Notes under the pieces: model-generated
The model's input: the letters and a program-made list of their open reading frames with translations, nothing else
Told to the model about the DNA's origin: nothing
Database searches by the model: none
Part shown: in pieces, positions 42,891 through 56,105 of the stretch
Layout: every line of letters begins with the position of its first letter
How positions within the stretch are numbered: the first letter of the stretch is position 1
Position numbers and translations under genes: made by a program
From: Conidiobolus incongruus B7586
Taxonomy: Eukaryota
Length of the DNA: 64,000 bases
Assembly (NCBI GenBank): GCA_000697335.1
Contig: JNEM01013820.1
Coordinates: 1 to 64,000 of the forward strand
Reading direction: 5' to 3'

Positions 42891-43493
42891 TAATTCACAT
42901 TGCTTTAGATCATTTTCTAAGCTTGTAAAATTTGAAAATTTAAAATTGCCAATGTTAAAAAGTTTGATTTGTTGAGTTAATAGGTTATTCAGGACAATAT
43001 CATAATTTTTATAGTTATAAAAAGTGTATAAAAATAGTGGTGGTAGTGTGAGTTTTTGATAAGATTTGCAGGATGATTGGAATTGATTATATTTGTTGGT
43101 ATTATTAATCTCATTATTATAATAAATTACTAATATAAACTCAGTAGTCTATACTCTATGTCTCTCATTGTTGGTAGCTTTATGAAATTGATTCAATTAT
43201 TAAAATTTATGGGATACTTTATATACTATTTTTATTTGAACTCAGATTTGAGTATTTTAGTTCAAATTAAAAATATAATATGATGTGATCTATTATATTT
43301 AATAGTAATTTTTTATATTATGTTTGAGTTTTATATATAGTTTTACTATTGAAATAGAGCTTAATTAATTATTGTTATTATTATCGAAATAGTTAGATGA
43401 TAATATTAAAGATATATAATATTACAACAAATTAAACCTATTAATTAAATACAAAAAATAAAACTAAAATAATAATAATACAAAATAAAAATA

Positions 43494-45146
43494 TTATTGG
43501 CCCAAATTTTCATCCTCATTAAAATTCCCAGAGAGATTGAGGAAGTTGGGTTCAACTGTGAATGGACTTTGACTCTCAACCACCTGAGTAATCGAGTACT
43601 TGTAGGGCAATTCCCTAATGCTCATACTGAGACTAGATGGTAAATAATCTTCAATTTTTTGGATGAATTCTTCGCGGGCCTTTTTCTCATCTAAATAGAA
43701 TATTAATTTCAATAACTTAGACATTTTTATTATATATACCATTGTAAAATCGATCTAAATTCATTTGGAATTGGTGAATGATTTGCTGTTGGTGCAGTTG
43801 CACTTGTTCCCTTCGTTTGTATTCCTGTTCGACATGTTTGTAAGCTTGAATGCATGACGAATACCTATAAACAATATTAATATTAACGTTAATTTTATAT
43901 TAGATAATATTTTTAATATTACTTCTTTTCAATATTCCACAATTCTTCAATCAAATCGTTGATATTATTCAATTGTTTATTTAAATCCATCTAAACATCA
44001 ATTAATATATAATATTAAATAGTTTAATTACATGAAATATACTTCAATCTGTTTCAACAATTTACTCAATTTTAAAAATTGGGGAAATTGTACCATAAGC
44101 TGATTTAGGATTTGGTACTTTTCTTGATAAATAGCTTCGTAAAGTTGGTGACGTACTATAGCATCTTGTCTATATAATATTAATAATAATAATAATTGAA
44201 TAATTGCTTTGAATTTTACTTTAATAATTCTACAACTTCTAAACTCTGTTCTAATTCTTCTAATATAATGGGTAATTCTTCCGAATCCCTCTCCAAAACT
44301 ATCAAGATTAGTAATATAATATATGACTTAATTAGGGATATATTTACTGTACAAATCTATCTTTTGACCTACTTCACCTTGCTTCAAAGCTTTTAAAACT
44401 CCTGTAACCTGACTGTGATGCCTCTCCAAACTCCCTAGAATGCGGGCCATACTTTCCGTCCTGCCCTGATGTTCGTTTAATTTCTTGAGGGCGTACTGCA
44501 CCCCGCTCTCTTCGAGACTTACGGAGTCGTGATCTTCTGGCACTTGATCCAGTAAATCTGTCAGTAAGGTTTCAAACTCCTGGAGCTGTTGTTTCAACTC
44601 GGATTCTGTATTAATCCAGCATTCGACAGTTGTATTTAACTCTTTTTTCAAATTGTCTACCGTATCCCACTCGATATAGTCAAACAATACGGGTTGAGTA
44701 GACGAAGTATTTGAAGTGAAAGTCAAGTGAGTTATCTTAATAGTTTTTAATTGGTGATATAAATTTTCTAAAATTTGGTTTAAATTATTTTTTTCTTGAA
44801 TTTTTATCTAACAAATAAATTAATTTAAAATAATTATATTTTAAATTTGACTTACTTGTATCATATTTTTCAACTTTATTTCAATAAAGTGACCAATAGT
44901 CAACAAATTTTGAAAATTCTAAATACGAAAAATATTAATACCACTCCCAAATGCTACCAATTTATTTACCTTAATTCTCAAATTTAAAAATTTGTGAATA
45001 AACTTGAGTTTAGGCCAAAAAAGTTGGATAAAATTTAAAATTTGTTCAATTTGTTGACTAGTGAAATCAGCTTGCGTGCAGAAGTTTTTACCGAGTTCTA
45101 AGCCTTTCCGACTTTGTTGCGCTAGTTCTATGAGTCGGCTTTCCAT
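43494..45146 (-). CDS. ATG17: Autophagy scaffold protein Atg17; multi-exon
   Basis: Coiled-coil protein with Atg17-type segments LFDYIEWDTVDNLK, MARILGSLERHHSQV, ELPIILEEL and C-terminal EKKAREEFIQKIEDYLPSSL. Confidence 0.75.
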
Positions 45147-45394
45147 GTTTTGAATGTGAAATTGAAATTGGATTGATTGAAAAACAGTAACAATTAAAAT
45201 TAGGGTTTTTAAATTTATTGGGTGGAAATTTAATTATTTGGGATTAAATTTGATGGCTAAATATTAATTAAACCCTTTAAATAATGAATATCAATCACTA
45301 ATATAATTATATAATTCAATTATTACAAAGGATTCAAAAAAATCATTAGATTATTAAATTAACAATGATTTAACCATTAACTCTATATTTTAAT

Positions 45395-47313
45395 TTAATC
45401 AGAGCGATTGCCATTACAAATATCGTCATCGTCATCTTCCAATTTGGCATTGGATTCACTTCCTTCAGCCTTGTCGGTAGTTTGAGAATTTTTGGGTTTG
45501 TCGGCGGTACCAAGTTCGGGGATAGCACCGTCTGCGGTTAACCAGGGGTAGTTATGCATACGGTAGTCCACGTTGTAGCAGAACGAGATAAAACTAATGG
45601 ATTGTTAATATGAGGGTAATTGAAATGATGGTATGATGATTACTCTTGAGTTTCTTTCTCTTCCCTGATAATAGTAGGTAAAATCATTTCATCTTTGATC
45701 TTGTTTAATTTATCCTAAAATTGTATTTAATAGATGAATTATTGATAAAAATAAATTAATAATTACTTCATGAAGTTTGAAATCGAGATCTGGTAATTCG
45801 GATTTACTCTTTTCCAATTTGGATTTATAGTGAGCAAATAAAGTCTATTTCAAATCATTAATAAATATAATATAAAAATGAATACAATGATATGGGTACT
45901 CTTTCTAAATATAAACCAAGACTGGGGGCGTTAGGAATATTAAATTTTCTATTTTCAAAAGATCTTTCCATTAAACTGGAATCAATTCCTGATCTGGTAA
46001 CCAAAACAGCCAAAGCTAAATATAATAATAATAATGATTAAATATGTTTCAAATATACTTGATTTAATACTTACAAACCATCTTTCTGATTTGATTCAAC
46101 ATGAAAGAATCACCTTCAACCCGTAACAAAATCCATTCGCATCCTTCTTGCTCAAAGATTTTGTTAACCTAATAATAATTATTATTAATCATATTATAAA
46201 ATAAAAAAAATTATATTTACACTAAAATTACGCATCACCCTCTTAGAACTAGCTTCGCCAAAATATCTATAGGGTGAGTAATTGTGATACGATTTGGTAC
46301 CCTGATAATGTGCCAAAACTTGATTAAATCTGTCCAAAAGCTCTTTGGAAGCTCTGAACTTGCGCACTTGGGCCAATTCCTCTTCGCCCAATTTGGGAAT
46401 GGGCGAATGAATGTCAAATTCGATCCTGGGCAAATATTCTGGAGGTGCTAATACGTAGGAGGGCAGCAAGTACTCGTAAATGCGACCACTGCAGAAGGTC
46501 TTGGAGTGGAAGGAATTCATCACGGGGTGAATGTCTTCATAATAAAATTAATGATTTTTACAGATATGTTATTTTTGTAATATTACCAATAATTCTGATT
46601 TGGGGAGGTAAAGCATCATTCAATTTTTCAATCAAATTGTCAACACTAGTAATGATGTAAAGGACCCCCGAGGATCGAAGTAAGTACAATATGTCCCCAT
46701 CTAATCATAATTTTACTTATCTTAATATTGACGACCATACCGGCGGCGTGGACACCTTTATCAGTTCTTGCAGCTCTCATTAAACCAGACTAAATGATTT
46801 TTTTGAATTAATAAATCCTGATCATTATTGTATTGTGTTACTTTTTTGGGGTCGTCAGAATTATCTTTGGAAATAGCCCCCACTTCGCAGAGTGCTTTGA
46901 ATAAGTCGCTTTCTATGGTTTTGACACCGGGATTGCTAATGATCACTTTGTTAAAATTTATATTATTGAATCATTTTTGAACTAAATTACATTTGCATGC
47001 CGTTGTAACCGGTACCTACGAATCCTAATAAAATAGCACACTTTTTCTTAGGTTTCCTAGGTTCTTTGTTGGCGGGATCGACATCGGGTCGAGGACCCCA
47101 AGTCTCTTGATTTCGAGTTAATTTTGAAAGGGCATGCTCCTTTCTTTCCTTACAGGTGGAGTACTTCTTTCTGGGTTTTTTAGCGGGACTAGGTTCTGAC
47201 ATGATTAAACTAGACTGATGAAACAAGGCTCTGGGTTGAATTTGAGTGAAGTTTTTAAGTTGATTCGGTTTTAGCGATTTGGATAATGATGGAATTATCC
47301 AATTAAATTTCAT
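45395..47313 (-). CDS. PUS1: tRNA pseudouridine synthase 1 (TruA family); multi-exon, third intron apparently non-canonical
   Basis: KKKCAILLGFVGTGYNGMQ, KTIESDLFKAL, catalytic RAARTDKGVHA, RIYEYLLPSY, GTKSYHNYS, GDSFMLNQIRKMV, IPNAPSLGLYLE. Every other intron traced is GT-AG. Confidence 0.95.
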
Positions 47314-47579
47314 TTATCAATGGATTTGATCAAATCAAATGATGAATTAGGAAATTTGGTTTCATTGAAGTTTTTTATTGTTTGATAAGAGGATTTTTAT
47401 TTAGTGGGATTGTTGAAAATATTTTCAATCCAAATTCTGAGTTTTATATATTTTCAAAAATATTGGAAATACCCAATTCTGAATCTTTACTACGACCACA
47501 TAGGTATTCATAATTCGATTAATTATTATTCAGTCATTTTATAATATATCAAAATCTAAAGTATTAGTAATTAAAAATA

Positions 47580-50400
47580 AAATAACAAAGTTAAAAAGCA
47601 AACAATTCTCATATTGGAATAATTCTTTTATAGGTAACATTGAGGAAAATTGATTCAAATTTGATATTGTCGATTTGATCCTAAATTTTAAACAATTAAC
47701 TATTGTTATATAATTAGTATATTAATAATGATGATTTGTTTACCTAATAATTTTGAAAATTTAGTGGATCTAATTTAAATCCCAATTCTTTTAAATTTGA
47801 AGGATAATTGATAAATAAAGTCTATAAGTTTGAAGAATATATTACTTTGATATTGTTGCAAATATATATTTATCCTAAATACAAACCAAGTGCTGGTACT
47901 TTTGGTATTCCAAATTTTCTTTTCTCAAATTATAGGCCCATAATTTAATTGGGTGTATTGGTACTCGTTATCATAATTGACATGGCTAGAAATTGCTTGA
48001 ATGTAATTGATCATTAAATTGGACCATTTATGACTATATATCACCTTTCAAATTTGATGATACATAAAACAAATATCTTCAACTTAGTAACAACTATTCA
48101 ATCCCTTCTTTAGTAAATTGATCATGAACCCAAACTATTATTATAATTATGTTTATAAAGTTTAAAGTATTAAAGGAATTACTTTGAAATATCTAATGCC
48201 TCTTTTAGAATTCGTGTGATGAAAATATCTATCATGAGAATAATCATGAAAATTTTTAGTTTCTAAATAGCAATTAAATGTTTTGAAATTTTTTAGAGTA
48301 TTGAAATCTAATTTGTAGTTATATAACTCTTGTAATGATTCAAAAATCAGTTGATTAATTTTACTTAAAATGATATCGATTAAACTGAATACATAGGATG
48401 GTAATAATATTCATAAATTCTGCCTCTACAGTAGATTTTGGCGTGACACGCATTGATTAAAGGAAAAATTCATAAATAAGTTGATAAAAAATATGTAGTA
48501 TATATTTCAAATGGAATGATATTCTATAGACTCTAATTTGATTTGATTAGATAATATTTGATTCACTTTTTCGACTAAATTTTCAAATAAATACTGAATG
48601 TAAAGGGTCGCCAATTTTGAGAAATGAATAGAGGCCATGATTAGATAAAGTTATATTGATTGATAATTAGAATACTTCATTTCGATTTACATTTCATATG
48701 CGTATACTCCTCTATCAGTTCTTGTGGCTCTTACAATATTGGACTATATAGATTGTTACCTGCTTAAATCAAGCATACAGTTAAATTTAATGATTTGATT
48801 TTATCATTGTTAAATTTTATGTATTTTTTTTAGAAATTTCTCCAACTTCTCACAAAGCTTTAATATTTTCACCTTTTATAGTTTTAGTTCTAGGATAATT
48901 ATTATTAAAACATCCAGTGGTTCAAAAAGTAATTTTCTATACTTAAATCAAATACTGTTTTATGAATCGTAATGATTTCACTCTAATTTCAGTATTATTT
49001 TAAAAGGTAATAAGTGATCTAATAATTCATCATATTCACTATATATACATAATTTAATTTTCTGGGGGAATTTCAGCAAAAAACAAATGACTGAAAATTA
49101 CAGAATTTCATATTTTATCTGAGTTGAACAAAGAGCATTTTCCAAAATATCATAAAATTTAAAATATTTTATATCTATTATTCACGAAAATCTCCAAGTA
49201 TCAACTAGTGGCTAAAGACTTTCAAAATGTAGTATTCCAAATTGGTTTAACTAATTAAAAGCTGGAAGATCTGACATAAAAGACCTACCTTGTTTAAGCC
49301 ATTTTGAATCTATAACTAATCAAAGAAATACAAATAAAATTAGGAAAAATTTCAAACATCACTTATATATCTAAAAAAAGAACTTGCACAGTTTTTATAT
49401 TTTGATATTAACTCTATTATTACTTTATTAAAAGAAAATTTAAAATTAGATAAAAGATTAAGTGTGGATGCCTTATACTTTAACTAAAATTAAATAGATA
49501 AGGAAAAAATTTATCTGATATAAATATATAATTATAATACTTATCTTATTATGCTTAAAAGGATTTTACATTAAATGAATCATAGATTCTATTATATAAT
49601 CTATTACCAAGCAATAAAAAAGGTATATGGGTTGAAAAATTAAAACCACCACTATAAATTTCAAAACAAAAGTTATTTAAAAAAATGAAAAAGTTATTGT
49701 TAGGTATAAATACTAATGGTATAACATTCCACTAATTATTATGAGCAAAAATGAATTATAATAGTAAAATATATTTTAAATTTTTAAAAACTGATGTTAT
49801 AAATTGGTGTAAGGAAAATTCAATTAAAAAAACATTTATTTTATATAATAATAGCAATATACATATAATAAAAGTTATAGAAGATTTATTTATTGAAAAG
49901 AACTAGATTTCATTAGCACATCTACCTTATTTACCAGATATAAATCCTTGTGATTATAATTGTTAGTAAGTTGAAGAATTTGATTCAGGGAAAGAGATTT
50001 GATAACTTTACAACTTTTTAAAATTAAAGGTGTAAATATAAATTAAAAAACATATGTGAAGCGATTAAGCAATCACCATTAGTATAGAATTTTGTTATTG
50101 AAAAACAAGGAAGCTATTAATTATTAAAATCATATTATTTTTGTTTTAGCTTTATTTTGACAAAATATAAATTTAAAATTGGTGAATTTATTCTTTAAAC
50201 CACTGTAGAGTTAAAAATTCATTTGATATAAAATTACATTTGCTGTATTACATTTATATACCAGAATATCTAGATCTCAAAGATCCTAACCAAATAGCGC
50301 TTTTGGACACTTTATCTTCTTTTAGTGGTAAATTCAAATTAAAATCCTTTGAGATAGTTTATCCCTTTCAATTTAAGCTAAAGCGCAATCTCTATGATCT
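47580..50400 (-). pseudogene. PUS1: Degraded tandem duplicate of PUS1, split by a mariner element in its first intron
   Basis: Co-linear decayed motifs: SAIWLGSLRSRYSGI* (~50250-50300), KTIKGENIKAL*EVGEISK (~48830-48890), RATRTDRGVYA (~48700-48735), CRGRIYEY, TKNFHDYS, FMYHQI*K, FEKRKFGIPKVPALGLYLG (~47875-47930). Boundaries approximate. Confidence 0.88.
48915..50205 (+). mobile_element. Degenerate Tc1/mariner (mariner-type) transposon, ~1.29 kb
   Basis: Imperfect TIRs CAGTGGTTCAAAAAGTAA...TTATTCTTTAAACCACTG with a TA on the right flank. Relic transposase motifs WMPYTL (49465), TLNES*ILLYN and LAHLPYLPDINPCDY (~49913-49957); many stops. Confidence 0.85.
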
Positions 50401-53400
50401 CTGACGGATATGAATTTTTATTAATTGAATTAGATAATAATTTGCAAGATTTGAAAAAATATCTCTTGCTGCTGTTATTTAATAATTGTAATAGATTCAG
50501 CTCCTATTAGGTTTATTTTTCATCTCGTTTATAATCTAAATTAATATTTGATAATTATTTGTTTCAATTACGTTTTATTTTCTACCTATACTTATGTTAT
50601 TGGTTTAAATAAGCTCAAATTTATTGGTTTTAAATATTGAATGATGATATTGAGTTGAAAATTTTGATTTAAAATCAGCCACCCAAAATTCAAATAATAT
50701 TTCAAAATTAAAATTAATGGGTAATATCCAATAAACTTAATTTATTAGTTTAATATAATCAATAAAAACACCCCAAAATTTAAAAAATTTGATATGACAT
50801 AATTCCTTATTAAGAAGTTTTACAAAATTACTACAATCTTTTCATATATTTTTCAATATTACCAAATTAAGTAATGTTAATTTAATTTATCATTTTCAAA
50901 ACATTAAAATTTTTATCCCAAATTTGACCTGAATTATATTCAAGTTTCAATCTATTTGCCAATTTTCGAAAAATATTTGAATAGGGAGAATTTATTCGAA
51001 TATAGTATAAGTTTTACCTGTATAGCCTATACTATGTTAAATATTTATTTTATTGATAAATAATACCAGAAGACAGTAATCAATGTGAATAATAAAATGA
51101 AAAAGTATGGTGTTATAATTATCAAATTAGCATCCAAAATCCTTCTGCAACTTGTACAATATAACAAATATTAATCCTTAGCAATTAGACTAAGGTGAAT
51201 ATATTAATTAAAAGATAGGGTGGCAGTTCAAATTTATCCTTGAGTTATTTTTTACAAAAGCGTTTGTGCTGAAATTCAAGTTCAATTTAGTATTAATTTT
51301 ACCGATTCTACAATATTTAGTAATGAATGAAATCATGTTGATATTGAGTACCAATTTGCGTATATTCTCAGGGATATTGAGTTGGATTCTAATCAAAGAC
51401 ATTGAACAATATACATTATAAGTACCAAATTGTTTATATTATTTTAAGGTAAATTAAGGGATTTCAAGTAAATAGTCATAGAATTGTCGATCAAATAATT
51501 TTATATACAATATAAATTCATATCGGGATTATATTCCATAATAATTTCAAATATTATTTAGAATTATACCGTATTGCGGATATTTTTATTCAAACTCACT
51601 AGAATCTAATAAAAGGTAACTTTATCGAATTTGGCAATCCTTGCCAAAAATGAACTCGTTTGTACTATATTTGGGTTTTAGCGACAATTTACTTAAAAAC
51701 ATTCTTTAAAATATTAAATATAATATCAATTTTATCATTTTACATTAATATTTATTAAACAAATATAAGATTATCTCATTATAACAAAGAAAGTGATAAT
51801 TAGCATCAAAGATTTAATATGGTAATTTGTTAAAGCATCATACACACGATTAAATTTGAATCATGGTAATATTATATAATATTGAAAAAAAATATCAATC
51901 ATAATAGGAATCATTAAATTTTATTAAGTAATTCTCATTGCAGTTATAGTGTTTACTATTATTAAAAATATTAATGGAATGGATATAGAATAATATTTAT
52001 CAGGTAAATATTAATATATATCACACCTTAACCTGACTTCTAGATTTTCACAGCCTGATTAAATGATTGTTTGAGTGCATCATGTTTGTATAGTTCTTTG
52101 GAATAATATTTCATATATAATACTACTATGAAATGTAATTTTACTATTAAAAATTATTGGCTCCAATTTTCCTTTTCAAAATTTAAAGTTCTACTCATAT
52201 GGAGTTTATTCTTGCTAAATATAAATATTTTCGACTAAGTAAATTAGAAATAGACTACCAGTTAATATCAACTCTCGACCAGTTAACTAGCCAAATAATG
52301 ATAACAAGACTTGAATATCATTTGATATATCTATGTACTAATCATTTTTTTAAAAACAATAATAATACTATTCAACCGATTATCTTTCTAAATCAAAATA
52401 GAAAAACAATTATCTAGTTTTATCATTCAAAAATTTTAATATCTATTCAATAAATAATAAGTTCCAAAAAGATTTATGAATCTTGTTTAATTAAATGGAA
52501 TTGATATTACCAAATATTGGAATATATATCCAAAGATAGTTAATTTGATTGATATCATACTTTCAATTGAGTACAAACCAATCTACATTTATTGATATTT
52601 ATTTCTATTAAGTATATATTTTTTATCCAATTATTTTAATGAATATATTAACATGCTAGTGTAATAATATCTATTTTAAAGTAGGTTAAATCTCTTATTT
52701 GGTTTAGGGTCCGAACTAAGATTAACGAATAGGAAAAGAAATGGATAAATCCAAGCAATCTCTATATCCAGCCTTATATATCATTAAACAAAGCTTCCAT
52801 TCTACTAATTAATAAATCATGGCTATTGATTTAACAGTGTTTTTTCGGAATTTTTAGACTAATTTTCTATTTTTGATTTTTCGAAAATGAATAAAAATGT
52901 AAATTAAATTATTCAGTATATATTTTGCCCACAAAATAATAGTTATCAATTAGCACTAGTTGTATTAAAGTTACTAAAGAATATATAGTAACATCATTGA
53001 TGTCAACCTGTATAATATATTATTTTCATTAAAATTAATTATATCATTTTTTCTGTGATGATAAACTGAATAAATTGAACTTATATCATTTGAATTAATA
53101 TTCAATTTTTAATAAATATTAATTAGATTATATTTGAAATTTTAAAATCATTGATGTTTTCAACATGAATTCAAATATCATATATATCACTTTTAGGAAA
53201 AACTATACAGAATATTATATCAAAATATATTTTGCATTGTTCGGAATTGATAGTTCAACCATTATGAAATATTAATTGTAAAGGGATTAAATGCTATATT
53301 CTTCAAAGCATAATATTCCACTTTAAAAATACATGATACCTAACTATTTTAATTGATATTTCAACTATTTTGGAAGTGAAATAACTAGAATTTTCAATAT

Positions 53401-54731
53401 TTTATAGTATTGTTCTTATAATATTTCGAAAATCTAGCATTGAGGCCAAATTATCATACGATATACTAATATTATTAAATAATCATCCTTATTTTATTAT
53501 AAATATTTAATTATCAAATGATTAATCAATATTTGATTAAAATTTGTAAATTTATAAAATATTTTTGATTAATTTGAAAATATAAAGGGTGATATTAATA
53601 AAATCAAATAATTAATATTTTCATTATATCTCCATTAAACATAGAATTGATAATATCAACCCTCACATTTATTCAATCATTATTGGTGAATTGAATATTT
53701 TCATTTATGGATTCATAACAATAACAATGCCTAATATTATATCAGTAATGAGTGTCTGTTAAATAGATATATAAGAATGATCAATAATTTAATCAACTTG
53801 AAATATATTGAAATAAAATCATATTTTGAATACTGCGACCTAATTCATTTCTTTTAATATCTTCCTTGGTATATAAATTCACACAATGGCATTATTAAAT
53901 ATTTGTTAACATTACCTCATAAGTGATTATAGCCAAGATGCTCCCATTTATCTATAAAATTTTCAATTTATTTCAATGGAATATATCAAAAATCAAAATC
54001 GGAAAATCAATAGCATTTGTCATTCAGCATATAAATATTGTATATAGCCAAATATCCTGATTATTGGTATTATTATCATAACTTATATGATTAGATACTA
54101 TAAATACAAACTAAAGAAATCCAAAAAAAATTAACAATATTTGAAATTTTATTAGAGTTCAAAAAGGGTAATACTTAGAATCTCTCATATTTTAAACTGA
54201 TATGTCTGCTCACAGATTGTCATTTTGTATTCAATTTAAGTCAAATATCCATCATCGTTAAAATATACTTTGATTTTATTAAAGCATCAGTTCGTTTTAT
54301 ATAATTAATAACGAATATATAAATTGTTGATGAATTTTCAATCAACAATAAAAACTAATAATAAACATTGATATGAATAAAGACTATCTCAATTGTTCAG
54401 GTAATTAAATCATTCTCATCAACTAAACCTGTAATATATAAATAGAACAATTTTAATATTACCCAGTTTATTAATTGATAATATATACCCTTAATTGCCA
54501 ATTTATATTTTTTTTATTAGATAATATTTTGTTGACTGTATTATTAAATATTTTTAACATATTGGCATTAGTGAATTCTTTCATAATTTTCCCTAAGTTG
54601 GAAATCCTTTCATTAAGCTTTATTGTTTAAAATACGTTTATAAACTGCCATTTTCAATATTGTTCAATTTAGTTTATTGATGTTTGAACAACTCATTTTC
54701 GCTTGTTAATAAATTTGGGTATTTTTATTCA

Positions 54732-55705
54732 ATGAAAGAAAAATCTAAAGTTATTAAAAAGAAAAGTACTTTTATTCAAAAGTTGTATAGGTAATAAACT
54801 TAAAATTGGTGTAAGATTATATCAAATTAAATCAAATGGATTAGGTTGATCGAAGAGAATGCCAATACCAGACTAATATACTGGAATGAAAAGGGAACGG
54901 AAATTAAAATTGAAAATATTCCCAGATTTGAAAGAGAAGTATTGGATCAATATTTCAAGAACAGCTCTATCGCTTCTTTTATTCGTCAACTGAATGTAAT
55001 AACCTATAGAAAACTTTATACTTAATAATATCTGACATTTATTCTCTATAGATATATGGATTCAAAAGAACCAGCGATGGTCGAAGGCATAGGAAAGATG
55101 CTGGCAGATTGACATGCTCCTTCAAACATGAAAAATTCCTCAGAGACAGGCCAGATTTAAGGAGTCAAATCACTAGGCAAGTATTCGTTGGAAAGACTGT
55201 CTCTAATACAACCACAGGGAATAGCTATTCCCCTAATTTCTCTGAAACAGATAGGCATGATACACCTTTACTGGCTTCTAACGCTTTTCAGTTTTCAGAT
55301 ATTATGCCAATGTGTAATGATGATTTATATACGAACACTCTTTCCAATTTTGATTCCAAAGATCTCAATCCAATTCCTTCCAACTTTTCGAAAGACAACT
55401 ATACTAATTTTTGTATCTCAAGGTTAGAACAGATAAATGCACAATTCACACAGCTGCAGGAAGAATTTGAACTCCTTAACGAACAATTACACAACTCCAC
55501 CCATATTCCTACTCCATATACCATCCATCACAATACGTATATCAATCTCAATTGGAAGCATGATTCCCCGACGGCCAACCAAATTGGATATGTTTATTCA
55601 ATTCCAACTCTACCATCTTATCACTGCTCACCTGATTCAATTAACCACCCAGAATACTCCCCTATCCATTTTAACTTGGATTTACACCCTGAAATGTATC
55701 CATAG
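54732..55705 (+). CDS. HSF-type DNA-binding domain transcription factor; 3 exons
   Basis: Spliced product reads STFIQKLYRLIE...LIYWNEKGTEIKI...[29 protein letters not shown]...FKHEKFLRDRPDL, then a short coiled coil. Two GT-AG introns. Confidence 0.9.
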
Positions 55706-56105
55706 CTGATACTTTCAAATTGTATATTTACTATTTGTTATTAAAATATCAGATAAAATCCCTTGCACTCAAACATTAACAGTATTTTTGTCTATATAAA
55801 GTAACTACAACAAATAACTAATATCCACTAATATATTGAACCAGTTTCAAAATTTGAGGATTATAATGTATTAGTATACCATGATAAACGTATGATTACA
55901 TCAAATATTCAATTCCAACCCTATCTAAACTATTAGTCAATTGCTTTATTTAAGATAGAAATAAAATATTATGAATTAAAGTTATTCTTTGAATACCTAT
56001 TATAGAATTATATTTTAATATATTTCCCTTTCATCAATAAATTTTATTTTTTGTTAAAATCTTTTAATAAATTGTGAAATTTAATTTTAATTTTAATTTT
56101 AACAA

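Noticed and set aside
46660..46700. TTCGATCC T-loop-like string suggesting a tRNA gene in the PUS1 intron
   Set aside because: No cloverleaf, D-arm or acceptor stem can be built; kept only as part of the structured-intron finding.
51100..51700. Slightly GC-richer tract that may be another decayed gene
   Set aside because: No motif recognised in the frames I read.
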